DNA of 64,000 bases from an uncultured Syntrophaceae bacterium (GCA_964585095.1 CAZPCN010000011.1:9367-73366), one strand, 5' to 3'; shown: positions 17,676 through 26,397, counted from the stretch's first letter. Numbers and translations are program-made. Notes: generated from the letters alone by a model not told the origin.

Positions 17676-18476
17676 ATGATCCCGGGGCTTCTCGATCCGG
17701 TGCGGGAAATCCTCGACACCCTCTGCGCCGTGTCCGGCAAGGGGGTTCAGGCCGTCCTGAGGCCGGACCTCAAATCGCTCGCCCGCTTGCGGATGGCCGG
17801 TCCGGGTACGCAGACCCACGTGCTCTTCCACCGCGGCGACGACAATCCCGTCGTCAACCACGTGATCGCCAACGAGTGCGGCCACCTGATCCGTCTCTTC
17901 GCCGCTCCCCCCGAGAAACGGAGGGTGGCCGTGGCCAACGAGCGGACCCGGTCGCTGTACCACGGGGAGATCCGCGAGGACATCCAGCGTCTCTCCCTGA
18001 TCCACGGGATCGGAACGCTGGGCGAGTTCCTGCCTCTGTGGTACGAGAGCGTCGTCTTCCAGCTCACGAGGATGCCCCCGGACATCGCGATCGAGCGGTG
18101 GCTTCACCGCGAATACCCCGGTTTGAGGGCGGTCCAGCGGATGGCTCTCATGGAGCAACAGGCCAAGGCGGCCGCGGTGCTCTCGCGGGGAATCCGGCGG
18201 ATGACGCCGCGCAAGGTCTACGACGTCTCGCAGGCCATGAATCACGCCTTCTTCAGACTCATGGAACCCCTGGCGGGGGTCGACCTGACGGCGCCCTACG
18301 AGCGGAGCCTCTACGTCCTGCAGGGCGAGGAGCTTGCGGCGCAGGCGGATCGGAACGCGCGCGACGATCATGAAGGGGACGTGGAGCTGACCCGGCAATG
18401 GGCCGAGTCCCTGGCCCTGTCGGGGTGGATCGAGTGGCGCCGACTCGACGAGGTCGAGACGGGAACGCTCCACTGA
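17676..18476 (+). CDS. hypothetical protein (266 aa)
   Basis: It is a long ORF with genome-typical codon usage. I recognise no family. It contains HVIANECGHLIR, a degenerate HExxH-like string. Confidence 0.6.
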   Translation: MIPGLLDPVREILDTLCAVSGKGVQAVLRPDLKSLARLRMAGPGTQTHVLFHRGDDNPVVNHVIANECGHLIRLFAAPPEKRRVAVANERTRSLYHGEIREDIQRLSLIHGIGTLGEFLPLWYESVVFQLTRMPPDIAIERWLHREYPGLRAVQRMALMEQQAKAAAVLSRGIRRMTPRKVYDVSQAMNHAFFRLMEPLAGVDLTAPYERSLYVLQGEELAAQADRNARDDHEGDVELTRQWAESLALSGWIEWRRLDEVETGTLH

Positions 18477-18487
18477 CGGGACGGAGG

Positions 18488-18501
18488 GTGCCGATCGGCA
18501 C
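18488..18501. terminator. 14-nt perfect palindrome between convergent genes (GTGCCGATCGGCAC)
   Basis: Read directly. There is no U-tract, so it is only a weak bidirectional terminator candidate. Confidence 0.25.
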
Positions 18502-18528
18502 GAGGAGGAAGGGCTTCCGCGGGCGGCC

Positions 18529-19638
18529 TCAGCGCAGAGGGTCGGCCGGGGGCTTCTCGAGCCCGAAGGCCTCGGCCACGGCCGGGTACGTGACGGCGCC
18601 GCGCCAGGTGTTGAGGCCCCGGGCGAGGCCCGGGTCCCTCGAGAGGGCGTCCGGGACACCGTCGGCGGCCAGCCGGGCGACGTAGGGCAGGGTGGCGTTC
18701 GACAGGGCCACGGTGCTCGTCCGGGGGACGGCGCCGGGCATGTTCGTGACCCCGTAGTGCAGGACGCCCCCGACGAAGTAGACCGGGTCGGAGTGCTTCG
18801 TCGGGCGGATCGTTTCGATGCAGCCCCCCTGGTCCACGGAGACGTCGATCACGACGCTGCCCGTCGCCATGCGCGCCGCCATCGCGCGGGTGACGACGCG
18901 AGGCGTCCGGGCCCCTCTCACGAGGACGGCGCCGATCAGCAGGTCGGCCTCGGCCACGGACTCCTCGACGGAAAGCGGGTCGGCGCTCCGGGTGACGAGC
19001 CGCTCGTGAAGGACCTCCTCGAGGTGTCGGAGCCTCTCGATGTCCCGGTCCAGCACGGTGACCTCGGCGCCCATGCCCAGGGCGATCCGGGCGGCGCTTG
19101 CCCCGACGATGCCGCCCCCGACGATCGTCACCCGCGCGGGCTCCACGCCGGCGACCCCGCCGATCAGCTTGCCGGACCCGCCGTTGATCTTCTCCAGGTA
19201 GAACGCCCCTTTCTGGACGGCCAGGCGGCCCGCCACCTCGCTCATGGGCTTGAGCAGGGGCAACTGCCCGTCGGCGATCTCCACGGTCTCGTAGGCGATC
19301 CCCGTGACGCCCCGTTTCATCATCTCGAGGGTCAGTTCCCGATCGGCGGCAAGGTGCAGATAGGTGAAGAGGGTCAAGCCGGGGCGCAGGTGGGCATATT
19401 CCGAGGGGAGGGGCTCCTTGACCTTCACGACGAGCCCCGCACTCCATGCCGCCGCGGCATCGGGGACGATGTCCGCCCCCGCGGCCCGGTACGCGTCGTC
19501 GCCGAATCCGCTGCCTTGGCCCGCCTTCGTTTCCACGACAACGCGGTGACCCGCCTCGCACAGCATCCGGACTCCCCCGGGTGTCATGGACACCCGGAAC
19601 TCCTGATCCTTGATTTCCCTGGGGACTCCGACGATCAT
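18529..19638 (-). CDS. ald: alanine dehydrogenase
   Basis: The N-terminus is MIVGVPREIKDQEFRVSMTPGGV, and the NAD site is VTIVGGGIVGASAARIALGMGAEVTVLD. The product is 369 aa. Confidence 0.9.
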   Translation of the reverse strand: MIVGVPREIKDQEFRVSMTPGGVRMLCEAGHRVVVETKAGQGSGFGDDAYRAAGADIVPDAAAAWSAGLVVKVKEPLPSEYAHLRPGLTLFTYLHLAADRELTLEMMKRGVTGIAYETVEIADGQLPLLKPMSEVAGRLAVQKGAFYLEKINGGSGKLIGGVAGVEPARVTIVGGGIVGASAARIALGMGAEVTVLDRDIERLRHLEEVLHERLVTRSADPLSVEESVAEADLLIGAVLVRGARTPRVVTRAMAARMATGSVVIDVSVDQGGCIETIRPTKHSDPVYFVGGVLHYGVTNMPGAVPRTSTVALSNATLPYVARLAADGVPDALSRDPGLARGLNTWRGAVTYPAVAEAFGLEKPPADPLR

Positions 19639-19697
19639 GACTCTTTCCCGGTCCTTTCGCAGAATTCATCCCGTTCAGGAACGGCAACGATGCCTCT

Positions 19698-19726
19698 ACT
19701 ATAAATAACGAACCAAGAGAAAGCAA
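19698..19726 (-). promoter_or_regulatory. candidate sigma70 promoter of ald
   Basis: The minus strand reads TTGCTT, 17 nt spacer, TATAGT. It lies about 60 nt upstream of the ATG at 19638. Confidence 0.45.
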
Positions 19727-19772
19727 CCGCGGGGAAAAACCGCACTCTGCCTGGCATGTGCAGCGTAGGTTG

Positions 19773-19781
19773 TGGTATACT
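19773..19781 (+). promoter_or_regulatory. extended -10 element (TGgTATACT) upstream of the P-type ATPase
   Basis: Read directly. It lies about 58 nt upstream of the ATG at 19839. Confidence 0.4.
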
Positions 19782-19838
19782 GGTCAAGCGGCGCAGCGCA
19801 GCGGCCACCGCGGCACCATTCAGCAGGAGGGTGAAGGC

Positions 19839-22538
19839 ATGGCGCAAACGGCCTGGTATCGCAAGGCGGCGGACGAGGTCTTCCGGGAACTCGGCACGGC
19901 CCCCTCGGGGCTCCACGAGAAGACGGCGGCGGACAAGCTCGAGTCCCACGGGCCGAACCGCCTCCCCGAGGCAAAACGGGTGAGCCGCGCCGTCATCCTC
20001 CTGCGCCAGTTCGCAAGCCCCCTGATCTACATCCTCCTTATCGCCGCGGTCGTGACCTTCGCGCTCGGGGAGTACAAGGACACGATCGTCATCGCCGTGG
20101 TCCTGCTGTTCAACGCCGTCATCGGGTTCATCCAGGAGAGCCGGGCCGAGGAGAGCGTCCGGGCCCTGCAGAGGATGATCGTGCCCCAGGCGCGCGTCGT
20201 GCGCGAGGGGAGGGAGAGAGAGATCTCGAGCGAGGGGCTTGTGCCCGGCGACATCGTCCTGCTCGCCTCGGGTGCGAAAGTCCCCGCCGATATCCGGCTG
20301 ACGGGCGCCATCGAGATGCGCATCGACGAGTCGCTGCTCACGGGGGAATCGGTCCCGGCGGAAAAATTCGCCGACGCGATCCCCGAGGCGAACCTCACGC
20401 CGGGCGATCAGCGCAATATCGCCTTCATGGGCACCGTCGTCGTCAACGGGCGGGGTACGGGCGTGGTCGTCGAGACGGGGGCCCGGACGGTCCTGGGCGG
20501 CATCGCCCACGAGATCCGGGAGACGAAAGCGGCCCGGGCGCCCCTGCAGGAGAAGTTCGGCCGCTTCTCCAACCGGATCGGCCTGTACGTGCTCGCGGCG
20601 GCCGCGGCGCTCTTCGGGGCCGGCATCGCGGTCGGGGAGCCTGTCCGGGAGATGTTCATGACCGTCGTGGCGGTGGCGGTGGCGACGATCCCCGAGGGCT
20701 TGCCCGTCGTGCTGACGATCGCGCTGGCCGTGGGGGTGCAGCGCATGGCGGCGCGAAACGCGATCCTGAGGAAGCTGCCCGCCGTCGAGACCCTGGGAAG
20801 CACGACGGTCATCTGCACCGACAAGACGGGGACCCTCACGAAAAACGAGATGACCGTCAAGGTCGTGTTCGACGGGACGCGACACTTCGAATTGACGGGC
20901 ACCGGCTACGAGCCGAAGGGGGAGATCCTCCACGACTGGATCCCGAAACCGGAGGCCGAGCGCGAGCACCTCGCCATGTGCTTCCGCGTGGGGCTGCTGT
21001 GCAACGAGTCGAGCCTCTACGAGGATGACGGGATCTGGCGGGTCAACGGCGACCCGACGGAAGGGGCCCTCATCGTCTCGGCCCAGAAGGCGGGCCTGCA
21101 GCCCGAAGAGGAGAAGCGGCGGTACCCGCAGATCGGCATCATCCCCTTCGAGTCGGACCGGGGGTACATGGCGACCCTGCACCGCTTCGGCGACGAGAAG
21201 TACATTTTCATCAAGGGCGCCCCCGAGAAGGTGCTCGAGCTCTGCGTCAGCTGCATGGTACGGGACGGCCTGCGCACGGAGGAAATCCTCAAGATCTCGG
21301 ACCGCTTCGCGTCGGAGGGGATGCGCGTGCTGGCCATGGCCTACAAGAGGGCCCCCGACGACCTGTCCGAGCTTACGCACGAGGCCGTGCAGCACGACCT
21401 GACCCTGGCCGGCATCCAGGCCATGATCGACCCGCCCCGCGAGGAGGCGGTGGAGGCCGTCCGCGGCTGCCGGCGGGCGGGGATCCGCGTGATCATGATC
21501 ACCGGCGACCACCCGACGACGGCGCTCGCCATCGCGAAGATGGTCGGGATCGACACGACAGGCGACCGCGTGATCACGGGCCGCGAGATCGAGGAGATGA
21601 AGGACGAGGACCTCTTCTACCGGGTCAAGACGGTGTCCGTCTACGCCCGCGTGGCCCCACACCACAAGCTGCGGATCGTCCGGCAGCTGATGGACCACGG
21701 GGAGGTCGTGGCCGTCACGGGCGACGGCGTCAACGACGCCCCCGCCCTTCGCGCCGCCCATCTCGGGGTCGCCATGGGCCGCAAGGGGACGGACGTGGCC
21801 AAGGAGGCCTCGGACATGGTGGTCACCGACGACAACTTCGCCGCCATCTTCCACGCCGTGCGGGAGGGGCGCGTCGTCTTCGAGAACATCCGCAAGGTCG
21901 TCTTCTTCCTGATCCCCACGGGAGTGGCCGCCATCGGCTCCATCCTCGGCTGCGTCCTCATGGGGGTCCCCATCCCCTACACGGCGTCGCAGCTGCTCTG
22001 GATCAACCTCGTGACCAACGGCTTCCAGGTCATCGCGCTGACCTTCGAGCCGGGGGACCGGGATGTGGTCCGGAGGCCGCCCCTGGACCCCTCCGAAGGG
22101 ATCATGTCGAAGGTCCTCGTCCAGCGCACCGTGATCGTGGGCCTGCTCATCTCGGCGGGGGTCATCGTGAAGTTCGCCTGGGCGCTGCAGGCAGGGATGC
22201 CGCTCGAAAAGGCGCGGACCATCGCCATGACTACCATGGTCTTCTTCCAGTTTTTCCAGGCTTGGAACAGCCGCTCCGAGACGAAGTCGATCTTCCAGAT
22301 CGGGGTTTTCACCAATCCCTACCTGGCCTACGGGCTCGCGGCCTCGGTGATGGCCCACGTGGCGGCGATCTACGCGCCGCCTTTCCAGTGGCTGCTGTCG
22401 ACGGAGCCCATCGCGGGGAGGGAGTGGCTGCTGATCGTGGCGATGTCCCTGTCGGTCATCGCCGTCGTGGAGCTCGACAAGCGGATGCGGTCCGGGGTGA
22501 CGGCGGGGCGCCCGGCGGAAAGGGGTGCGAAGACATGA
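19839..22538 (+). CDS. P-type cation-transporting ATPase (P2, Ca2+/Mg2+-type)
   Basis: The start is the ATG at 19839 (MAQTAWYRKAADEVFRELG). It has the phosphorylation motif CTDKTGTLT, plus TGDHPTTA, GDGVNDAPAL and TGES. It is 899 aa. Confidence 0.9.
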   Translation: MAQTAWYRKAADEVFRELGTAPSGLHEKTAADKLESHGPNRLPEAKRVSRAVILLRQFASPLIYILLIAAVVTFALGEYKDTIVIAVVLLFNAVIGFIQESRAEESVRALQRMIVPQARVVREGREREISSEGLVPGDIVLLASGAKVPADIRLTGAIEMRIDESLLTGESVPAEKFADAIPEANLTPGDQRNIAFMGTVVVNGRGTGVVVETGARTVLGGIAHEIRETKAARAPLQEKFGRFSNRIGLYVLAAAAALFGAGIAVGEPVREMFMTVVAVAVATIPEGLPVVLTIALAVGVQRMAARNAILRKLPAVETLGSTTVICTDKTGTLTKNEMTVKVVFDGTRHFELTGTGYEPKGEILHDWIPKPEAEREHLAMCFRVGLLCNESSLYEDDGIWRVNGDPTEGALIVSAQKAGLQPEEEKRRYPQIGIIPFESDRGYMATLHRFGDEKYIFIKGAPEKVLELCVSCMVRDGLRTEEILKISDRFASEGMRVLAMAYKRAPDDLSELTHEAVQHDLTLAGIQAMIDPPREEAVEAVRGCRRAGIRVIMITGDHPTTALAIAKMVGIDTTGDRVITGREIEEMKDEDLFYRVKTVSVYARVAPHHKLRIVRQLMDHGEVVAVTGDGVNDAPALRAAHLGVAMGRKGTDVAKEASDMVVTDDNFAAIFHAVREGRVVFENIRKVVFFLIPTGVAAIGSILGCVLMGVPIPYTASQLLWINLVTNGFQVIALTFEPGDRDVVRRPPLDPSEGIMSKVLVQRTVIVGLLISAGVIVKFAWALQAGMPLEKARTIAMTTMVFFQFFQAWNSRSETKSIFQIGVFTNPYLAYGLAASVMAHVAAIYAPPFQWLLSTEPIAGREWLLIVAMSLSVIAVVELDKRMRSGVTAGRPAERGAKT

Positions 22539-22822
22539 AACGGTGCCAGGCCTGCACGAAGGAGGTCCCGATGGACCGGACCGTGGGCCGGCAGGAGACG
22601 TGCCCCCACTGCGGGGCCGACCTGCACGCGTGCCTCAACTGCAGCTTCTACAGCCCGGGGGCGTATAACGAGTGCCGCGAGCCGCAGGCCGAGCGCGTGG
22701 TCGACAAGCGCCGCAGCAACTTTTGCGACTTCTTTGTTTTTGCGGACGATACCGATCGGAAAGGCAGCGCCGCAAAGAAAGAGGACGCCCGCGGCCGCCT
22801 CGATGCGCTCTTCAAGAAGTAG
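22535..22822 (+). CDS. small zinc-ribbon protein (95 aa), function unknown
   Basis: The ATG at 22535 overlaps the ATPase stop (ATGA). It has Cys pairs CQAC...CPHC...CLNC...C. Confidence 0.6.
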   Translation: MKRCQACTKEVPMDRTVGRQETCPHCGADLHACLNCSFYSPGAYNECREPQAERVVDKRRSNFCDFFVFADDTDRKGSAAKKEDARGRLDALFKK

Positions 22823-22849
22823 CGGGCGGAGAACCGGGCGGAGCCCCGG

Positions 22850-23380
22850 TCAGGTCAGCTTCCCCAGCTCTTCCGAAAAGAGATCGAACATCGGCTTCCC
22901 GAACAGCACGAATCGCACCCGTTCGATCTCGGGGTGGTCCTTCAGGTACTCGACGGCCGTCCGGAGGGCGATGCGGGCGGCGTCGTTCAGCGGGTAGCCG
23001 TAGGCGCCCGTGCTGATGGCCGGGAAGGAGACGCTCTTCAGGCCCCTCTTCGAGGCGAGCTTCAGGCTTTCGAGGTAGGCGCTCTTCAGCAGCCCCGCCT
23101 CGTTCCGGTTCCCGCCGTTCCACACCGGCCCCACCGTGTGGATGACGTATCGGGCCTTGAGGTTGCCGCCCGTGGTGATCACCGCCTGTCCCGTGGGGCA
23201 GCGGCCGATCGCCCGGCACTCCTCCATGATGGCCGGGCCCCCGGCGCGGTGGATCGCACCGTCGACGCCGCCTCCCCCGCGCAGGCCCGAGTTGGCCGCG
23301 TTCACGATGGCGTCGGTTTCCTCCTTCGTGATGTCGCCCTCGACGACGGCCAGCGTGGCATTCCCTATCTTGACCTCCAT
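22850..23380 (-). CDS. macro-domain protein (O-acetyl-ADP-ribose deacetylase-like)
   Basis: The start is the ATG at 23380. The product carries GDITKEETDAIVNAANSGLRGGGGVDGAIHRAGG and SFPAISTGAYGYP. Confidence 0.85.
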   Translation of the reverse strand: MEVKIGNATLAVVEGDITKEETDAIVNAANSGLRGGGGVDGAIHRAGGPAIMEECRAIGRCPTGQAVITTGGNLKARYVIHTVGPVWNGGNRNEAGLLKSAYLESLKLASKRGLKSVSFPAISTGAYGYPLNDAARIALRTAVEYLKDHPEIERVRFVLFGKPMFDLFSEELGKLT

Positions 23381-23396
23381 GGCATTCCCCCTCCGC

Positions 23397-23431
23397 TGAA
23401 CCCTATACCCTGTACCCGAACCCCTATACCC
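23397..23431 (-). repeat. GGGTNNN heptad array, 5 units on the minus strand (gggtata ggggttc gggtaca gggtata gggttca)
   Basis: Read directly. The first unit covers the last two codons and the TAG stop of the phosphoglycerate mutase. The array ends 16 nt before the macro-domain ATG. Confidence 0.9.
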
Positions 23432-25004
23432 CCTCTTTGACGGCATAGCCGTCGCCATACACCAGCATCCGGTAGGTCTTCTCGATACGGTCCCAGTTCT
23501 CCTCGCGGTCCATGGACCAGTAGCGGCCGATGACGGAGACAACGCGGCCAAGCCCCAGCTCCGCGCACTTGTCCTCGATCTGCTTGACGTAGTTGGCCCC
23601 GCTCTCGGGCATCTCGCCGCGGCGCCCGAGCATGGCGTGGATGAAAAGCTCGGGGACGCCCTCCTTCTTTGCCATCTCCATCAGGGCGAGGAGATGGTTC
23701 ATCATGCCGTGGGAGCTGAAGAACGAGACGATCCCCATCAGGTGCAGGGCCGTCCCGCGCCGGATGGCCTCGGCCATGGTCCGCCGGTAGGCCTCGTTCG
23801 AGAAGAAGGCCCCGCTTTCGATCGCCCGGTCGATCTTCAGGCGGTCGGAGAACACGCGCCTGCCCGCGCCGATGTGGAGGTGCCCGGCTTCGGAATTTCC
23901 CACGGTGCCCGCCGGGAGCCCGACGGCCTCGCCCGAGGCGGCGAGCACGGAAAAGGGGAGGGAGGCGAGCAACCCGTCCATGACGGGGGTAAAGGCCTTT
24001 GCGATCAGGTTGCCGGCCTTCTCGGGGTTGTAGCCCCAGCCGTCGAGGATGAGCACGACGAGCCGGCGGAAGGGTGCCGGCGGTCTCTTCACCAGCAGGG
24101 ATTTCCCCTCCATGCGCTTCGGCACGGCGATGCCGTACAGCTCCAGGATCGTGGGCGCCACGTCGGTGAGTTCGCCCTCCTTGTGCAGCGCGAGGGGCTC
24201 CCCGGTTCCGGCAAGGACGAAGGGCACGGGGCTCGAGGTGTGTCCCGTGTCGACGGCCCCGTCGGGGTAGAGCCACCGCTCCACGGTGCCGTGGTCGGCC
24301 GTGACGAGCACGGGCACCCCCGCCCTGCGGGCTTCGTCGACGACGCGGCCCAACGCCCGGTCCACGGCCTCGACGGCGCGTATCACGGCGGCCTCGTTTT
24401 CGATGTGACCCACCACGTCCACGTTGGCGAAGTTGGCGAGGATGAAGTCGTGGCGGCCCTCGCGAATCTCGCGGATGGCGGCCCCCGCCACTTCGTCCAC
24501 GGACATCTCCGGCGCCTCGTCGAAGAGCTTCACGTCCTTGCGCGTGGGCACCACGATACGGTCTTCGTCGGGGTAGGGCGCCTCGCGCTTGCCGTTGAGG
24601 AAGTAGGTGACGTGAAACGCCTTCTCCGCCTCGGTGATCTTCACCTGCCGGATCCCGCTGCGGGAGAGGACCTCGCTCAGGGTGTCCTCCAACTCCTCTT
24701 CGGGCGGGAAGGCCACGTCGACCTGCAGCTCCCGGGAATATTCGATCATCGTCGCATAGTGCAGGCCGAGAGGGCCGGCCGTGGGGAACTCGCGGAACTC
24801 GTCCTCCGTGAGGCTGCGCGAGAGCTCCACCTCGCGCTCGCCGCGGATGTTGTAGAAAATGACCGCGTCTCCCTTCCCGATCCTCCCCGCGGGCCTGCCC
24901 GAGGGGTCCACCAGGACCAGGGGGTTGAGCGTCTCGTCGTCCTCGCCGCGGCGGTATGCGTCCCGCACCGCCCGGGACATGGCGTTCGATTTCGGTGTCG
25001 GCAT
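23424..25004 (-). CDS. gpmI: 2,3-bisphosphoglycerate-independent phosphoglycerate mutase, circularly permuted
   Basis: The start is the ATG at 25004 (AAAGGA upstream). Residues 1-306 match the canonical C-terminal part (IFYNIRGERE, ITEAEKAFHVTYF, ANVDVVGH, TADHG, GKSLLVK). Residues 315-526 match the canonical N-terminal part (VVLILDGWG, GLPAGTVGNSEAGHLHIGAGR, GRYWSMDREENWDR). Confidence 0.85.
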   Translation of the reverse strand: MPTPKSNAMSRAVRDAYRRGEDDETLNPLVLVDPSGRPAGRIGKGDAVIFYNIRGEREVELSRSLTEDEFREFPTAGPLGLHYATMIEYSRELQVDVAFPPEEELEDTLSEVLSRSGIRQVKITEAEKAFHVTYFLNGKREAPYPDEDRIVVPTRKDVKLFDEAPEMSVDEVAGAAIREIREGRHDFILANFANVDVVGHIENEAAVIRAVEAVDRALGRVVDEARRAGVPVLVTADHGTVERWLYPDGAVDTGHTSSPVPFVLAGTGEPLALHKEGELTDVAPTILELYGIAVPKRMEGKSLLVKRPPAPFRRLVVLILDGWGYNPEKAGNLIAKAFTPVMDGLLASLPFSVLAASGEAVGLPAGTVGNSEAGHLHIGAGRRVFSDRLKIDRAIESGAFFSNEAYRRTMAEAIRRGTALHLMGIVSFFSSHGMMNHLLALMEMAKKEGVPELFIHAMLGRRGEMPESGANYVKQIEDKCAELGLGRVVSVIGRYWSMDREENWDRIEKTYRMLVYGDGYAVKEGV

Positions 25005-25157
25005 GGCGTCCTTTCTGGGTTGTCCGGCGTCGTCAGCCGCAAGCGGAAGACCCCGAAAGGCCCACCGATCCTGCGGCGCCGGTCCATCATACTGGAAAAG
25101 GCCGCGCCGGTCAAAGGGACCTTTTCGGTTGCAATGAGGGAAGCGAAGTGATAAAAA

Positions 25158-25520
25158 ATGCTCGAAAAAGCGGGAATTTATCACTGCATGAGGAAGTCGG
25201 CCTGGGAGAAAACCCAGGAAGAGATATTCAAGGAACGGGCCGAGGTTCTCGGCCGCGCGGGGGAAGCGCTGGCGGCCGCGCTTTCCGAGGTGGACAGGAT
25301 CGACCGGCTGATCGTCGAGAGCGTGCGGACGGCCGGAGAGAGGCCCGGACTGGAGGCCCTGGCGGAGATCAACGGCGAAATCCGGCTCTACAACCGGGCC
25401 CGGGCATATGCCGAGTTGCGCTACTACTACCTCATCGTGACCCGGGAAGCCATGGGAATACGGCGCCACAAGGCCGTCGAGGAAATCTACCGGATCCCTC
25501 CGAAGAGAAAATATCTTTGA
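25158..25520 (+). CDS. hypothetical protein (120 aa, predicted helical)
   Basis: The ORF has genome-typical codon bias. I recognise no family. The SD is weak. Confidence 0.45.
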   Translation: MLEKAGIYHCMRKSAWEKTQEEIFKERAEVLGRAGEALAAALSEVDRIDRLIVESVRTAGERPGLEALAEINGEIRLYNRARAYAELRYYYLIVTREAMGIRRHKAVEEIYRIPPKRKYL

Positions 25521-25560
25521 ACAGCCGGTGACCGGGGCGACACCTTTGAGAACGGATCTG

Positions 25561-25601
25561 GAGGGCGAGAGGGTGAGAAGGTGAGAAGGTGACAAGGTCG
25601 G
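25561..25601 (+). repeat. octamer array (gagggcg agagggtg agaaggtg agaaggtg acaaggtc gg)
   Basis: Read directly. AGGTGAGA-type units have an 8-nt period. The array is flanked by the inverted 10-mers GAGAACGGAT (25548-25557) and ATCCGTTCTC (25645-25654). Confidence 0.7.
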
Positions 25602-25705
25602 ATGTGCTATCAGCCTGACGGGGCTCCTGGCTTTTCCTGCCTTCATCCGTTCTCAGCCCCTTGCCCTCCGTTATTTTGACAGCCATGTGCTGCGCGGCAT
25701 AGTGA

Positions 25706-26368
25706 ATGGATCGGTACGAGAAACAGCGCAAGAGAATGGTCGATGCCCAGATCCGCTCCCGCGGCATCCGGGACGAGCGCGTCCTGCGGGCCATGGAGAA
25801 GATCCCGCGGCACCTCTTTGTCGACGAAGGGCTCATCGATCAGGCATACAACGACAGCCCCCTTCCCATCGGGGAGAAGCAGACCATCTCGCAGCCGTAC
25901 ATCGTAGCGCTCATGACGGACGCCCTCGAGCTCGCCGGGCGTGAAAAGGTTCTGGAACTCGGCACCGGGTCGGGATACCAGGCGGCGATCCTGGCGGAGC
26001 TGGCAGACCGCGTGTTCACCATCGAGCGGATCGCCTCGCTCGCCCAGAAAGCCAGGAGGCTTCTCGAGTCGCTGAATTACTACAATGTGGTGATCCGGGT
26101 TGGGGACGGGACATACGGCTGGCGCGAGGAGTCCCCGTTCGACGCCATCCTGGTCGCCGCGGGGTCGCCCTCCATTCCCCGGACGCTGGTGGAGCAACTC
26201 GCCGTCGGGGGCCGCCTGGTGATCCCCGTCGGGGGACGTTACACGCAGAACCTGATCAAGCTGACGCGTCTTTCCGAGAATCCCGATGACGTGAGGCGGG
26301 AGGATCTCGGAGGGTGCCGGTTCGTGAGCCTGATCGGGGAGCACGGCTGGAAAATGGAACAACAATAA
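25706..26368 (+). CDS. pcm: protein-L-isoaspartate O-methyltransferase
   Basis: It carries TISQPYIVALMTDAL, the SAM motif VLELGTGSGYQAAILAEL and LVIPVG. It is 220 aa. Confidence 0.9.
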   Translation: MDRYEKQRKRMVDAQIRSRGIRDERVLRAMEKIPRHLFVDEGLIDQAYNDSPLPIGEKQTISQPYIVALMTDALELAGREKVLELGTGSGYQAAILAELADRVFTIERIASLAQKARRLLESLNYYNVVIRVGDGTYGWREESPFDAILVAAGSPSIPRTLVEQLAVGGRLVIPVGGRYTQNLIKLTRLSENPDDVRREDLGGCRFVSLIGEHGWKMEQQ

Positions 26369-26397
26369 TGAGGCAGTTGACCGGAGGCGCATCCTCT

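Noticed and set aside
19751-19766. A sigma54-like TGGCAT element upstream of the P-type ATPase.
   Set aside because: The downstream -12 element (TTGC, 5 nt later) is absent; the sequence reads TGGCATGTGCAGCG. An extended -10 element, TGgTATACT, at 19773-19781 explains the promoter better.
24040-24110. The permuted phosphoglycerate mutase as two adjacent gene fragments or a frameshifted pseudogene.
   Set aside because: A single uninterrupted frame runs through the junction, with a short Pro-rich linker (RPPAPFRR). Each canonical segment occurs exactly once, with no duplication or loss, and all catalytic motifs are intact. Misassembly cannot be excluded without reads and is listed as a check.
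25005-25646. A 214-codon N-terminal extension of the phosphoglycerate mutase ORF, which might have been a remnant of a duplicated half.
   Set aside because: The translation has no iPGM similarity and is antisense to the ORF at 25158-25520. The ATG at 25004 has an AAAGGA SD, and homology starts right after it. The extension gives no support to a tandem-duplication remnant.
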